Assembly (NCBI GenBank): GCA_963833575.1
Contig: CAWHXY010000006.1
Coordinates: forward strand, 288,861 to 352,860
DNA from: Candidatus Bathyarchaeota archaeon
GTDB lineage: Archaea; Thermoproteota; Bathyarchaeia; Bathyarchaeales; Bathycorpusculaceae
Reading direction: 5' to 3'
DNA: 64,000 nucleotides
Every line of letters starts with the position of its first letter. The first letter of the stretch is position 1. Positions 10,840 through 22,200 of the stretch are shown piece by piece. Below the pieces are notes generated by a model that did no database searches, was not told the DNA's origin, and saw only the letters and a program-made list of their open reading frames with translations. The position numbers and the translations under genes were made by a program.

Positions 10840-11844
10840 TTAAGTTTCTAAACTTTGTTTTTGCTGCATGCATGAAACGAAATGTCCTTTTCTAACTTCA
10901 TTTAGTTCTGGTTTCTTTTCTCTGCACTCCTTGGTTGCAAGTGGGCATCTGGGGTTGAAGCGGCATCCTGCTGGAGGAGTGATAGGGCTTGGAACTTCGC
11001 CTCGCAAACGAGCTTTGGTGTTTTTTGCCTTTGGGTCGGGTATAGGTACGGCTTCAATTAACGCTTGAGTGTAGGGATGAAGAGGATTGTCAAATAACTC
11101 GTCGGTGTCAGCTAATTCAACAATTTCGCCCAAGTACATAACTGCGACGCGCTGACTGATTTGCCTTACAGAGCTTAAATCATGAGATATGTACAAGAAT
11201 GAGAGACCCATAGTTTTTTGTAAATTTCCTAGTAGATTGAGAATTTGCGCTCTGATTGATACATCTAACGATGAAACGGGTTCATCAGCAACTATAAACT
11301 CTGGATCAACAGCTAAAGCACGAGCTATGCAGATCCGCTGTCTTTGACCACCGCTAAACTCATGAGGATACCTTTCAGCATGGTACTCTTCTAAACCCAC
11401 CAAGTTTAGAAGTTCATAGACTCGTTCGCTGCGTTTTTCCTTTGTAACGTGACCATGTATAACAAACGGTTCAGAGATAATGTCGGATACTGTCATTCTA
11501 GGATCAAGAGAACCGTAAGGATTTTGGAAAATCATTTGCATTTTTCGTCTAATTTTCAGTTTCTCGGGTTTATTTGACGAGCGGAATTTCTCAAAAATAT
11601 TTTCGCCATCAACTATTACTTCACCTGATGTGGGTTCTATGAGGTTCAAGATTACCCTAGCAGTTGTTGTCTTTCCACATCCGCTTTCTCCTACTAATGC
11701 AAAGGTTTCTTGCTTTTTAATATCAAATGAGACGTCATCAACTGCATGAACCTGTCCCACTTGCTTTTTCGTTAATACTCCTGTTGAGTAAACGGGGAAG
11801 TACTTGAATAGGTTTTTGACTTGAATGAAGCTTGCATCAGTCAT
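10840..11844 (-). CDS. oppF: Oligopeptide/dipeptide ABC transporter ATP-binding subunit
   Basis: GESGCGKT, FSGGQRQR, DEPVSSLD, HPYT and the C-terminal GCRFNPRC Fe-S motif. Confidence 0.92.
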   Translation of the reverse strand: MTDASFIQVKNLFKYFPVYSTGVLTKKQVGQVHAVDDVSFDIKKQETFALVGESGCGKTTTARVILNLIEPTSGEVIVDGENIFEKFRSSNKPEKLKIRRKMQMIFQNPYGSLDPRMTVSDIISEPFVIHGHVTKEKRSERVYELLNLVGLEEYHAERYPHEFSGGQRQRICIARALAVDPEFIVADEPVSSLDVSIRAQILNLLGNLQKTMGLSFLYISHDLSSVRQISQRVAVMYLGEIVELADTDELFDNPLHPYTQALIEAVPIPDPKAKNTKARLRGEVPSPITPPAGCRFNPRCPLATKECREKKPELNEVRKGHFVSCMQQKQSLET

Positions 11845-12854
11845 TGTTTGGTGCTCTCTCCGTTAAGATTAAGGTTTTTCCATTGATAACAAGCTACAAA
11901 ATGGTCTGGCTCAACTTCTTCCAGGGTTGGAGGAGATTCTTCACATTTAGCATCTGCGTATTTGCATCTTGGATGAAATCGGCAACCTGAAGGTGGTTCT
12001 ATCAAGTTGGGTATGTTTCCAGGAATTATGCTTAATGTTTTCTTTCTGTCCAGGCGAGGTACTGCTGACAGCAACAGAGCTGTATATGGATGTCGTGGGT
12101 GCTCATATAGATCTCCAGTTTTTGCAATCTCACAAACGTTTCCCGCATACAAAACAACTACTCGGGTTGTCATCTTTGCGATTATTCCCATGTCATGAGT
12201 GATCATAACAAGAGACATCCCTAGCTTTTGTTTCAAATCTTCAAGAAGATCTAGAACCTGAGCTTGAATAGTTACATCAAGTGCTGTGGTTGGCTCGTCG
12301 GCAAAAAGAAGCGTTGGTTGAAGTGCCAGAGCTCTCGCGATTGCTACACGTTGTTTCATACCTCCACTAAATTGATGTGGGAACTCTTTCATTCTGATTT
12401 CTGGATCTGGGATGCCAACTAAGGTCAAGAGTTCAACTATTCTTTTGTGGGCTTCTTCTTTGGACATTGATTGGTGAGCCAGCAGGACATCTTTAAGTTG
12501 AGTTTCTACTTTGTAGAGTGGATTTAAGGAGGATGAGGGATCTTGAAAGATCATTGCTATCTCACTTCCTCGGATCGGTTGCATTTCTTTTTCGCTTTTT
12601 GCCACGAGGTTTTGGCCTTTGAATTCTATTTTTCCGTCTACAATTCGTCCAGGTTTGGGAATGAGTTTGAGCACTGAAAGAGCTGTAACGGTTTTTCCTG
12701 ATCCTGATTCGCCTACTAAACCTAGAGATTCACCTTTTCTTAGTTCAAAGCTGACATCATCTACAGCTTTTACTATTCCAGCTTCAGTGAAAAAGTATGT
12801 TTTTAATCTTTCAATCTTCAGTATTGCTTCCGTCATTTCGTGTTGCTCCGTCAA
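11841..12854 (-). CDS. oppD: Oligopeptide/dipeptide ABC transporter ATP-binding subunit
   Basis: GESGSGKT, FSGGMKQR, DEPTTALDVT, GCRFHPRC. Confidence 0.92.
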   Translation of the reverse strand: MTEQHEMTEAILKIERLKTYFFTEAGIVKAVDDVSFELRKGESLGLVGESGSGKTVTALSVLKLIPKPGRIVDGKIEFKGQNLVAKSEKEMQPIRGSEIAMIFQDPSSSLNPLYKVETQLKDVLLAHQSMSKEEAHKRIVELLTLVGIPDPEIRMKEFPHQFSGGMKQRVAIARALALQPTLLFADEPTTALDVTIQAQVLDLLEDLKQKLGMSLVMITHDMGIIAKMTTRVVVLYAGNVCEIAKTGDLYEHPRHPYTALLLSAVPRLDRKKTLSIIPGNIPNLIEPPSGCRFHPRCKYADAKCEESPPTLEEVEPDHFVACYQWKNLNLNGESTKQ

Positions 12855-13807
12855 TCCCTTAGTCGTGGGTTCAAAGCGTCTGATAGCCCATCTCCCAGGA
12901 GGTTAAAGGCGAAAACCGTTATGAGGATAGCGAGACCTGGGAACAGTTCAGCCCACCAAACTACTCGCATGCTTGCAAAGTTGTTTTCAAGAATTTGCCC
13001 CCACGTCATTGTGTTGACGTCCCCAAAGCCTAAGAAGCTTACACCTGCTTCTAGCAGAATTGCGTATGCGATTGTGAGGCTTGCAACAACAATAATTGAT
13101 GACAAAATGTTTGGTAATATGTGTCTAAAAATTATTCTTTTGTTGCTTGCGCCGAGGGCCTTTTCTGCTTCGACAAATTCAAGTTCTCGGACTCGCATAA
13201 ATTCGCCTCTGATCATTCTGGCGTCTCCTGGCCAGTTAAAAACAGCCAAAACAAGGATCACTATGGTTAAGCCTATCGGTATGTTTATTCCAAGAAAATT
13301 AATGGCCGTCCCTACTCCAGCACCTAATGTTAACACTCTTACGAAAATTAGAATGAACAATAATGATGGAAAAACTAGAAAAACTTCTGTAATTCTCATA
13401 AGAACATTGTCAACTGCTCCGCCGAAATATCCTGCAATAGCGCCTACAGCGATGGCTATGGCCATAGTTATTAGAGTTACAACTACACCGACATAAAGCG
13501 CATATTTTGTTCCGTGAAGAATATCGCTTAAAACATCAGTTCCCAGAACATCTGTACCTAGAAGATAATGTGAATTGGGCGGTGTTCGGACGTCACCGTT
13601 ATAGAATGGAGTCAATGCTTGAGGATTAGGAAAAGCTGGATAGGGTGCTAGAAAATCCCCGAAGATTCCGATGAATACTACAACGAGAACAATGATTAAT
13701 CCAAAAACGCCAGCCTTATTTCTTCTGAATCTTCGCCATGCGACCGCCCATTGGCTAGCTGATCTTCGTTTGACTACTGAATTAGATTTATTGTTTTCGG
13801 CATTCAT
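12851..13807 (-). CDS. oppC: Oligopeptide ABC transporter permease
   Basis: LGTDVLG, EAA loop FVEAEKALGAS, RHILPN, EAGVSFLG. Confidence 0.9.
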   Translation of the reverse strand: MNAENNKSNSVVKRRSASQWAVAWRRFRRNKAGVFGLIIVLVVVFIGIFGDFLAPYPAFPNPQALTPFYNGDVRTPPNSHYLLGTDVLGTDVLSDILHGTKYALYVGVVVTLITMAIAIAVGAIAGYFGGAVDNVLMRITEVFLVFPSLLFILIFVRVLTLGAGVGTAINFLGINIPIGLTIVILVLAVFNWPGDARMIRGEFMRVRELEFVEAEKALGASNKRIIFRHILPNILSSIIVVASLTIAYAILLEAGVSFLGFGDVNTMTWGQILENNFASMRVVWWAELFPGLAILITVFAFNLLGDGLSDALNPRLRD

Positions 13808-13812
13808 ATGAT

Positions 13813-14814
13813 CTACCTAATCCTCACTCTGGGATCTATGTAAACGTAAAGAATATCCATTATGAGATTGGCTAGTAGTGTCATAATTGTGATCAACATT
13901 GTAATTGCCATAATTGTTGGAAAGTCTAATCCAAGGGTCGACGATACATATTGACGCCCTAGGCCTGGCCAACTGAACACATACTCCGTCATGGGAGCAC
14001 CTGCCAACATACTTCCTAACGCTAAAGCAAGGAATGTAACAGCAGGCGTTATTGCGTTTCTAAGCGCATACCTATAGACAACTTTCCTATCGCTAATGCC
14101 ACTTGCCCTTGCTGCAAGAATATAGTCAGACCTCAAAACTTCTAACATGTTTGCTCTAATCAGACGTATGTTTTGAGCTAGTGAAACATAAACGAGAACT
14201 ATCACAGGTAAAATGAAATGTGCAATTACATCAAGCGCCGGGTTGCCCCACCATAAAAATCCGGCTGCACCTTTGGCCCCTGCAGAAGGTAGCCAGCCTA
14301 GGCTGAATGAAAATACAATTATTAGTATGAGTCCAAACCAGAAGGTTGGCATTGAAACTCCGAATAAAGAGAAGGATGTTACAGTTAGATCTTGTTTAGA
14401 ATACGGTTTTCTTGCTGAATGCACTGCAATTGGTATTGAAATTGCAAATGCGATTATTAGTGAAATAACCTGAAGTTCTATGGTTGGCCAAATCTCTGGC
14501 CCAATTAAGGAATTAACAGATCCTCCACCATAAAGTGATTTACCGAAATTTAATTGCACGATGTTTGTCAGCCACTTCAAATATTGAATAGGGATTGGCT
14601 TATCCAATCCATAATATGCTTTAAGGGCGTTGAGTGTTGTTTGATCGATGTTTGGCTTTCCCATTTTAATAAGTGAAATTGGGTCTCCCGCAGCGTACAT
14701 CGTTATGAAAGCTATTATTGAAATTCCCAGCACAACGGGAATCATGTAAAGCAGTCTTCTAACTATGTACCTAAACATTGAACTCTGAGCAAGTGTTCTT
14801 AGCCTTCTTAGCAT
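13813..14814 (-). CDS. oppB: Oligopeptide ABC transporter permease
   Basis: YGLDKP..QY, PTFW, YILAARASG, FSWPGLG, DPR. The true start may be the internal ATG (MFRYIVRR). Confidence 0.9.
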   Translation of the reverse strand: MLRRLRTLAQSSMFRYIVRRLLYMIPVVLGISIIAFITMYAAGDPISLIKMGKPNIDQTTLNALKAYYGLDKPIPIQYLKWLTNIVQLNFGKSLYGGGSVNSLIGPEIWPTIELQVISLIIAFAISIPIAVHSARKPYSKQDLTVTSFSLFGVSMPTFWFGLILIIVFSFSLGWLPSAGAKGAAGFLWWGNPALDVIAHFILPVIVLVYVSLAQNIRLIRANMLEVLRSDYILAARASGISDRKVVYRYALRNAITPAVTFLALALGSMLAGAPMTEYVFSWPGLGRQYVSSTLGLDFPTIMAITMLITIMTLLANLIMDILYVYIDPRVRIR

Positions 14815-14994
14815 CCGAAGCCTCGCTTTACTTACACTATCGGTGTTGTTTGTACTTAAAACTTTTTTGAATGATACCCCTGCTGGAAGAATTTATTAAC
14901 CCAGCAAGGTATGGATCATTTTTTAGGACTATAGCAAATTTAATATACACATTAATATCAAAAAGAAGAGCACCGATATAGGGGTATATAGCAT

Positions 14995-17232
14995 ATGGGC
15001 ATAAACAAAAAAACCATAACAATGCTTCTAATATTCGTTTTGACGGCTTCTATGATGGCACCTCTTTTAGAAGTAAAAGCTCAACACACAAGCTTGTTTA
15101 ACGTGACTATAATTGCACCTGGCAATGCTAATCTTCTAAGGCGTCAATGGTCTCAAGTCTTCGCAAGCAACCTGCAACAATTGGGCATTAACGCTCAAGT
15201 TGTTTATCTTGACTGGACAAGTGTATATGACCGCGCATTAACACCAAGTTCTGACATGGTAGGCAAAACCTATGACCAAGGAGGATATGACATCTTAGCA
15301 CTCGGATGGACACCTGGATTAATTCCTGACCCCCGCCCACTTTACTATGGAGGCGACCCAGCATTCTTTGCTCCAACTGGACAAAACTATTATCTCTGGA
15401 ACAATTCTCAATCCAACACCCTTCTGGACCAATTTATCACTTCGACAAGCGATAGTGACCGATCAAGCGCTCTCACCCAATGGCAACAACTCTTTTACAA
15501 CCAAGTGCCTGCATCATCAATAGTATATCAACAAGCACCTGTAGTTGTCAATCCTGCAATAGACAACTTGGGTACGCCTGCAACCGGAGGAGGGGAAGGA
15601 TGGCTTTACTTTAATGTGGGGCCTTATCCGCAATTGCTAACTCGCAGCGACGGCAAGACTCAGATTACCTACTGTTCCACAGGATCAATTGACGCTATCA
15701 ACCCACCCGAATCTGACAGCTGGTATGATGTAATCGTTTACTACTCAATGTTTGATGGTTTAGCAGGAGCTTGGCCAACATTAAACGGGCTTAGCGACCT
15801 TGAAACACCAGGATTGCTAACTTCTTGGAGTCACAGTGCAGATGGCTTCACTTGGACATTCAACTGCAGACAAAATGTTACATGGCAGGATGGCGCACCT
15901 TTCACAGCTGATGACGTTCTGTTTACACTTTGGGCTTACATGAATCCAGATGCGGGCAGTCAATTCGTAGGTTTCTATCAAAGCGCTTTTGGAGACAACG
16001 TTAAATTCACATATTCCAACGGCACATCCGTTACAGAAGGCAGCGGCACCAGAATGGGCACCATAACCGCAACCGATAAATACACAGTTGTAGCGACGCT
16101 ACCAGTCTTGACTAACGGAAAACCCTACGGATACATGGAACCCGAAATAATAACCGGACCCGCAGTCATACCAATGCACATCTTCGAAAACATTGCTCCA
16201 GCAGACTGGTCAACTTCACCATTTAACACGGGCACAGGATCAATGACCATAAACGGCATAACATATACTGGCCCAGTTGGCACAGGACCATACAAATGGG
16301 TGAGCTATGACCCAGTAGCTCAAGTTGTCCATCTTCAGAAATATGACAACTACTGGAACGCCACTGGTTTGGAAAGCATGGGTCGTTTTCAGATCAAAGA
16401 CTACTACATTAGGTTCATTGCTGACGGAACATCAGCTTTAGCTGCTTTGAAGAATGGCGAAGTTGATATGCTCGACTATAACTATCAGATGCAGACAGAC
16501 GTAAGTTCAGTACAGTCATCTTGGGGCAAAGTAATCAATTTGAATGGTGTGGGTAGGCAAGAATTCGGATATAACATGCAGAGTCCAATCTTTGGCACAG
16601 GCGTTGATACTCCACTTGGCCAATCTAATCCATCTCAAGCAGCTCAAGCAGCCACAGATATTCGTATAGCTTTTGATTACGCAATTCCACGCCAGTTGAT
16701 CATTAACAATCTTCTCTCAGGCTACGGGACTGCTGGTGCAACTCCAATGTTGCCTACACAGCCTTACTATGACAATTCGATAAAAGCAAGACCATATGAT
16801 CTCTCGCAAGCTAGGCATTACTTACAATTAGCAGGCTACTCTCCACCTACAATCAATAGTGCTGGCGTAGTAAACGTGCAAGGTATCTTCAACGACACAA
16901 GTGGAAGCCCAGTAGCAAATGCCACTGTCACTTTAATGCAATCAACAACCAAATCTACGAGCTCACTAACTGCAGTATCGCACACAACAACAGATGCTAA
17001 CGGATTCTTCAGCTTCTCTGTGAGTCCAACTTCTTCAGGGACATACTATTATTATCTGATGGATAACTCAACAGGCACACCAGCATACACCTACCTTCAG
17101 AGCGCCAATGTTACTGCTTCGTCTTCCACTCTCAGCAACCAGACAATACTAATCGTGATAGCAGTCGTCGTGATACTTGTCGTTATAATCGTTATAGTGT
17201 TAGCTCTTAGAAGACGCAAACCTAAAAAATAA
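14995..17232 (+). CDS. oppA: ABC transporter substrate-binding protein (family 5) with C-terminal Ig-like domain and membrane anchor
   Basis: Signal peptide, WQDGAPFTADDV, PVGTGPYK, C-terminal TM followed by RRRKPKK; divergent from oppBCDF. Confidence 0.85.
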   Translation: MGINKKTITMLLIFVLTASMMAPLLEVKAQHTSLFNVTIIAPGNANLLRRQWSQVFASNLQQLGINAQVVYLDWTSVYDRALTPSSDMVGKTYDQGGYDILALGWTPGLIPDPRPLYYGGDPAFFAPTGQNYYLWNNSQSNTLLDQFITSTSDSDRSSALTQWQQLFYNQVPASSIVYQQAPVVVNPAIDNLGTPATGGGEGWLYFNVGPYPQLLTRSDGKTQITYCSTGSIDAINPPESDSWYDVIVYYSMFDGLAGAWPTLNGLSDLETPGLLTSWSHSADGFTWTFNCRQNVTWQDGAPFTADDVLFTLWAYMNPDAGSQFVGFYQSAFGDNVKFTYSNGTSVTEGSGTRMGTITATDKYTVVATLPVLTNGKPYGYMEPEIITGPAVIPMHIFENIAPADWSTSPFNTGTGSMTINGITYTGPVGTGPYKWVSYDPVAQVVHLQKYDNYWNATGLESMGRFQIKDYYIRFIADGTSALAALKNGEVDMLDYNYQMQTDVSSVQSSWGKVINLNGVGRQEFGYNMQSPIFGTGVDTPLGQSNPSQAAQAATDIRIAFDYAIPRQLIINNLLSGYGTAGATPMLPTQPYYDNSIKARPYDLSQARHYLQLAGYSPPTINSAGVVNVQGIFNDTSGSPVANATVTLMQSTTKSTSSLTAVSHTTTDANGFFSFSVSPTSSGTYYYYLMDNSTGTPAYTYLQSANVTASSSTLSNQTILIVIAVVVILVVIIVIVLALRRRKPKK

Positions 17233-17336
17233 ATAGAAAAATTTCCTTCTTTCTTTTTTTGTTCTTTAGCACTCTGTTATCTTTTTTTACAGAGCTTTCC
17301 TTAATCTGAAATGATCTTCGTTTATGCACGAACTAA

Positions 17337-18269
17337 TTATTTGACGACAAGCACGGTTACGGTCGCGTGACGCAAGACATGATCGCTTACGCTTCCAAGA
17401 AGGTGACTAAGCCTTCCATGGCCGCCCCTACTCAAAATGACAAGATCAACGTTAGCTTGTTTGGCCAAATCAATTATCGAAGTAGCTGGATCACCGAACA
17501 TCAATTTCTGATCAACCTCAATCTCAGGGAGCATACTGGCTGCACGTTTGAGAATCTGAAGACCAAAATCGCTAATCTTAGGTCCAAATTTTGAGAAAGA
17601 TTTCTCTTGAACATTTAGAAGAACCACTTTCGATTTAGCCGCTTTAGCTAAAACATATGTTTGTTCAATCGTTTTTTCATCTTTTTCAGTTCCATCAATT
17701 GCAAGTAAGATGCCTCTCAATTCAGCTTTCTTTCTCGTTACCATAATATTAGTTAAATTGCTTGCCGATACTCTTGCTGCCACACTTCCAAGATGCAGAT
17801 CAGATTCGTCTTCCTCGTTGCCACTATTTCCCATAATAACACAGTCATAATTCCCACTTACTGTTTCCTCAATTATTGTATCAGCTGTATCGTTTTGTTT
17901 TTCAAGTTTTTGTTCTGCCGTTATCCCTTCCTTCGCAAACAACTCTGCAGTCTCAGAAAGTAGATTTTCGCCACTTTCCACATAGCTAGCGGTCGCTTCA
18001 TTGACCACTTCCTCAGGAATCAAATAATCCCGAGTTTCCGAAACAATTAAAGTCCTTGGAAACTGTCCAGTTGCAGTGCTTATCGGAGCATAACTATCTC
18101 TTGAAACATAAACCCGGCTTGGAAGAGTCAGAATTTGGTTTGGAACAACATGCATTATTGTTACTTTTGAACTAAAAAGTTTTGATATTGTGAGAGCAAT
18201 CTCGATTGCGACTTCAGACTGTAAAGACGCATCTACCGGTAATAAAATACGGCTAAAAATATGCTGCAA
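17337..18269 (-). CDS. Universal stress protein (tandem USP domains)
   Basis: ILLPVDAS, HVV, MG..LGSVA and LLGSVSDHVLRHA..VLVVK. Confidence 0.9.
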   Translation of the reverse strand: MQHIFSRILLPVDASLQSEVAIEIALTISKLFSSKVTIMHVVPNQILTLPSRVYVSRDSYAPISTATGQFPRTLIVSETRDYLIPEEVVNEATASYVESGENLLSETAELFAKEGITAEQKLEKQNDTADTIIEETVSGNYDCVIMGNSGNEEDESDLHLGSVAARVSASNLTNIMVTRKKAELRGILLAIDGTEKDEKTIEQTYVLAKAAKSKVVLLNVQEKSFSKFGPKISDFGLQILKRAASMLPEIEVDQKLMFGDPATSIIDLAKQANVDLVILSRGGHGRLSHLLGSVSDHVLRHATVTVLVVK

Positions 18270-18328
18270 TTTGTTACCCCAGTTTTTATTTTATCTTGCT
18301 TGCTAATTAACTGTTCGCTATTTGTCGT

Positions 18329-18688
18329 TTAGTATCCAAAAAATGAGATTATTATAGATTGTATAAAGAGGATTATTGCCAGTAGCAAGTACTTGTTTGC
18401 TCTCTTTTCGGCAATCCTTAATGTGTCGATTGACCAGTGTTCTTCTGATTTTGAAATGTATTCCCTTGCTTTGCTAGGCAAAACAGAACTTGAAAAAGTA
18501 AGTACGCCACCAACTAAGAAAGTAATACCTGTTTCAAGAAATGAGGCTTTGGTGAAAAATGCCTGCAATAACATAGCATTATGATCCACCAAAGTTAATA
18601 TAACGAATATCAAGCAGTTAGCTACCCAAACTATAACGTTTAGTTTTATCATCCACTTTAGAAGAGAATGCCCTGCAAATCGTGACAT
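18329..18688 (-). CDS. Hypothetical membrane protein (3 TM)
   Basis: ORF with three hydrophobic segments. Confidence 0.6.
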   Translation of the reverse strand: MSRFAGHSLLKWMIKLNVIVWVANCLIFVILTLVDHNAMLLQAFFTKASFLETGITFLVGGVLTFSSSVLPSKAREYISKSEEHWSIDTLRIAEKRANKYLLLAIILFIQSIIISFFGY

Positions 18689-18738
18689 AACAATTTACTT
18701 ATCTGCAAAGGTGGCTTTATGCTTTATCTGATTTGCGT

Positions 18739-19863
18739 TTATTTGTATTTCAAAATGAATAGTGAAAGGAAACAGTACACTCCAAAGAATATGCCTGTAG
18801 CCAGAAACACTGGTGCATAACCTAAATATTGAACAAGAAATCCTGCAGATAGGATTGAGGAAAATTCAGCAATCCTCATAGGTACATGCAGCAAACCTAT
18901 GTCAACAGAAACGTTTTTGCTGTCTTTTGCTACTTTGAGGACAGCGTGTTCAAAGAAGCCAACTCCATATCCTCGAACGAACGCTAGTAATAGAAGACAT
19001 GCGATGAAAAATGTTGACCAGCCTAAAAAGAAAGAGGCTGTAATGCTGATTCCCGTTAAGATTGCGGCGCGTGCGAAATTTAAGGAGTATTTCACAGTAA
19101 GATACGTTGCTATTGCCGAAATCGCGTTATAAAACATGAAAATAACTCCTATTGCTATGTAACTGTATGCTAATTGTTGATTCATGAAGGCGGGCAGTAG
19201 CAGTGTAGTTAGGGGATAAATTGCTAACGTGTTAAACATTATTGCAACTGAAACTAACCAAAATGTTCTAGACCTTCCTTTTGGGTTAAGAGGAGCTAAA
19301 ATGTGTGAGTCCTTTGTGATGGGAATTCTGGAGCTATTTTTCCACAACATGAAAGCTGGAATACCAATTGTTGTTGAGATCAATGCTAAAACTGCAATTG
19401 TGGAGCTGAATCCTAAAAATGCAATGCCCAACCCAGCCACACCACCCCCAAACGCGGTCGCTATCCATATGGTTGCGTTATTTTTTGTTGCTTCCTTCCC
19501 TGCTTTTTTTGGCGATAAGTGGTAAATTGCTGTTCGGCTTACCGCCCAGTATGATGATTCTCTTAGGCTTTCAACTAATTTGCCTAAGGCAAATACGGGT
19601 AGTGATGAGGCGAAATAATAGATGCTGCAACATAAAAATGTTGATGGCCAGTTGATTAACAAGAAAACATGTGACCAACCGACATAGTCTGCGACGGCGG
19701 AGAAGAAAAGACGGGATATCAAAAAAACCAAAGGCAAAATTGAAAGAACTATACCGATATCCGCGACGCTGACGTTATGCGCTAATAGTAACAGAGGAAT
19801 TATTAGTGTAAGTGATCCTGAGACAAAGTAGTTTAGGAAGGTTATTGCGTTAACTCGCTTCAA
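18739..19863 (-). CDS. MFS transporter
   Basis: About 12 TM segments, degenerate motif A (SAVADYVG). Confidence 0.75.
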   Translation of the reverse strand: MKRVNAITFLNYFVSGSLTLIIPLLLLAHNVSVADIGIVLSILPLVFLISRLFFSAVADYVGWSHVFLLINWPSTFLCCSIYYFASSLPVFALGKLVESLRESSYWAVSRTAIYHLSPKKAGKEATKNNATIWIATAFGGGVAGLGIAFLGFSSTIAVLALISTTIGIPAFMLWKNSSRIPITKDSHILAPLNPKGRSRTFWLVSVAIMFNTLAIYPLTTLLLPAFMNQQLAYSYIAIGVIFMFYNAISAIATYLTVKYSLNFARAAILTGISITASFFLGWSTFFIACLLLLAFVRGYGVGFFEHAVLKVAKDSKNVSVDIGLLHVPMRIAEFSSILSAGFLVQYLGYAPVFLATGIFFGVYCFLSLFILKYK

Positions 19864-20183
19864 CTGCGGTCCTCTATTTGAAACGTAAATTGTTCAGCTG
19901 AATAGTTTGAGTTTTAGTCTTACAACAATTTACCTTTTGCTATTAGGAAAACCCTTCCATGAACATAGGCATCAATGTTTTCTTCTTTCTTTCTTGTTTT
20001 AAAAGACATTATTGAAGGCCCTCTTATTTTGACCCCTGGTCAACTTTAATTTCGATTTACAGTGAATCAAAATATTGGTAGTGTGTAATGCAGACAGCTT
20101 GACGCGCGATTTCTTCGCCCAATCTAATTTCATTTTTGCAAGCTAATTGATAATTTGTTAATTTGGGATTTGCTTTTGGCACG

Positions 20184-21092
20184 TCAACTTTTTCTCGTAA
20201 CTATGAAGACCCCAATAAAAATCAGCATTCCGCCCGCAATAACAGAAGGGTATAACACTTCATTAACAAAAGTAACAGCGAAAATTGAGGTGATTAAGGG
20301 TTCGGCGAAGAGGAAGGTGCTTGCAGTTGATCCTGCCTTTTTTAGAACGTAGAACCAGATGTAGTATCCGAGCACTGAACATGTAAATGACAGATATAAA
20401 ATGCCTAGCCACTGGTTTGTGCTAAGCGTAGTTATTTGTAAAAGTGACTTGTCAGCTATCGAGAACGGAATTAGACAGAGTCCGCCCAATAGACTGACAT
20501 AGGACACGACAAGGAAGGCATCATATTTCTGCATTATTTTTTGTCCCCAGAGGCTATAAATTGCCCACATAGCAGGCGTTGATAATAAAATTAAAGTGCC
20601 AACTAAGAACTGCATGTTTCCCCTAAGGTTGAGAATATCCGCTGAAACTACTAGCAGGGTACCCGTTACAGCCACAATTATGCCGATGACTTGCCACTTC
20701 TTCAAGTGTTCACCAAATAGCCGAGCAGAAAAAACAGTAATCAGTATTGGTGAAAGCAGACATACAAGAATGGCGGCAATTGACGCTCCAGCCAATTGAA
20801 TCCCTGTGTATTGAACAGTGAAAAAGAAGGTTACTCCAGTTAAGGCCAGTGCAAGCAAAATCAGAAGGTCCTTTCTTCTAACTCCAAGATTGTAGTCGGG
20901 AGTCAAGCGCTTCTTAATAAAAAGAGCAAAAAGGAAAAGTGCTCCAGCGATTAAGAACCTATAAGTAGCAACGGCAATTGGAGAAAGACCTTCACCTAAA
21001 AGTTCCTTAACTACAACGAAAGAACTGCCCCAAAAAATAATCAGAACTATCATTAGAAGAACTTGGAAACGACTAATGGAGTGGGAAGCCAT
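20184..21092 (-). CDS. EamA/DMT family transporter
   Basis: FWGSSF, YRF, two EamA repeats, EP motif; 10 TM. Confidence 0.9.
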   Translation of the reverse strand: MASHSISRFQVLLMIVLIIFWGSSFVVVKELLGEGLSPIAVATYRFLIAGALFLFALFIKKRLTPDYNLGVRRKDLLILLALALTGVTFFFTVQYTGIQLAGASIAAILVCLLSPILITVFSARLFGEHLKKWQVIGIIVAVTGTLLVVSADILNLRGNMQFLVGTLILLSTPAMWAIYSLWGQKIMQKYDAFLVVSYVSLLGGLCLIPFSIADKSLLQITTLSTNQWLGILYLSFTCSVLGYYIWFYVLKKAGSTASTFLFAEPLITSIFAVTFVNEVLYPSVIAGGMLIFIGVFIVTRKS

Positions 21093-21327
21093 GCCTCAAC
21101 ATATCACGATTTTTCCTTTTAAGCATTCAACTTATCCCTACTTTTAGTTACCGACAAAAACAGGATTCCTTTACTATTCATCACCAAAAAACAGCTTCTT
21201 TTCTGGTTGCGGTATTTGGCTAAGTACCCGGATGGTACTAGAACATGATATTAGAGATTCTTCGCTATTCAGGTGAGCAGCGTCAGTCTATTTTTTTCCA
21301 TCACTTTTTACTTATCTCTATTTTTCA

Positions 21328-22128
21328 CTATACACCCAAGAGAGCTAAAGCGATCAGGATAACACCTATAGATAAGCTGTAAACGGCGAAGTAATGGAAC
21401 CTCTTGTTTAAAACCAGTTTCTTTACTAGCACGATGGCTAAGTAGCCTGCAACCACCGTAAACACTAAACCCACCAATAAGTCCAAAGAGCTAACGCCTA
21501 TACCCTGGGAAAAAGTTCCTCTCTGAAGGTAAGCTTCAACTCCTAAATCGCCTATTACAGCAGGTATTGAAAGTAAGAATGAAAATTTGAACACCATTTC
21601 CCTCTTAACGCCTTGAATTAACCCACTTGATATTGTTGCGCCGCTTCGCGAGAGGCCTGGAAAACTTGCAGCTCCCTGCGCAGCGCCCATTACAAGTGCC
21701 TTTCGGTATGAGATTTGGGTTTGGTTTTCTTTGCCGAATTTTGAGAAAAACAGCAGGGCGGCACCGAATAGAAAAGTGATGCCCATAATTAGGAATGTTT
21801 GGTAATTGTCGGCTAGGAATTTGTCGTAGAGTAAGCCTATTATTCCTGTAGGTATGGTTGCAACAATGATTAGGGGGATGAATCGGCCATATTCGCTATG
21901 GAAATCCCTATGCACCAACGCGGTAAGTATGATTTTAATGTCGTGTCTAAAGTAGAATATTACAACTCCAAGTGTGCCAATGTGGAGGAACACATTGAAC
22001 AGCGGTGTTGCAGAGAATCCCAGAAAATGCTCGGCAATTCGCAGATGCGCAGTACTGGAGATCGGCAGCCACTCAGCTAAACCCTGAATTAAACCAAGGA
22101 TTATTGTTATCAGCAGTTGGTCAAGCAA
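21328..22128 (-). CDS. uppP: Undecaprenyl-diphosphate phosphatase (BacA/UppP family)
   Basis: QGLAEWLPISSTAH, PGLSRSGATI, FSFLLSIP. Confidence 0.92.
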   Translation of the reverse strand: MLDQLLITIILGLIQGLAEWLPISSTAHLRIAEHFLGFSATPLFNVFLHIGTLGVVIFYFRHDIKIILTALVHRDFHSEYGRFIPLIIVATIPTGIIGLLYDKFLADNYQTFLIMGITFLFGAALLFFSKFGKENQTQISYRKALVMGAAQGAASFPGLSRSGATISSGLIQGVKREMVFKFSFLLSIPAVIGDLGVEAYLQRGTFSQGIGVSSLDLLVGLVFTVVAGYLAIVLVKKLVLNKRFHYFAVYSLSIGVILIALALLGV

Positions 22129-22200
22129 ACACTGAGCACCAAGCTTACCTTAACTATGTTTTCTAAAAGTGGGAATTGAGCAGAAAGGCTTTTCCTTTTC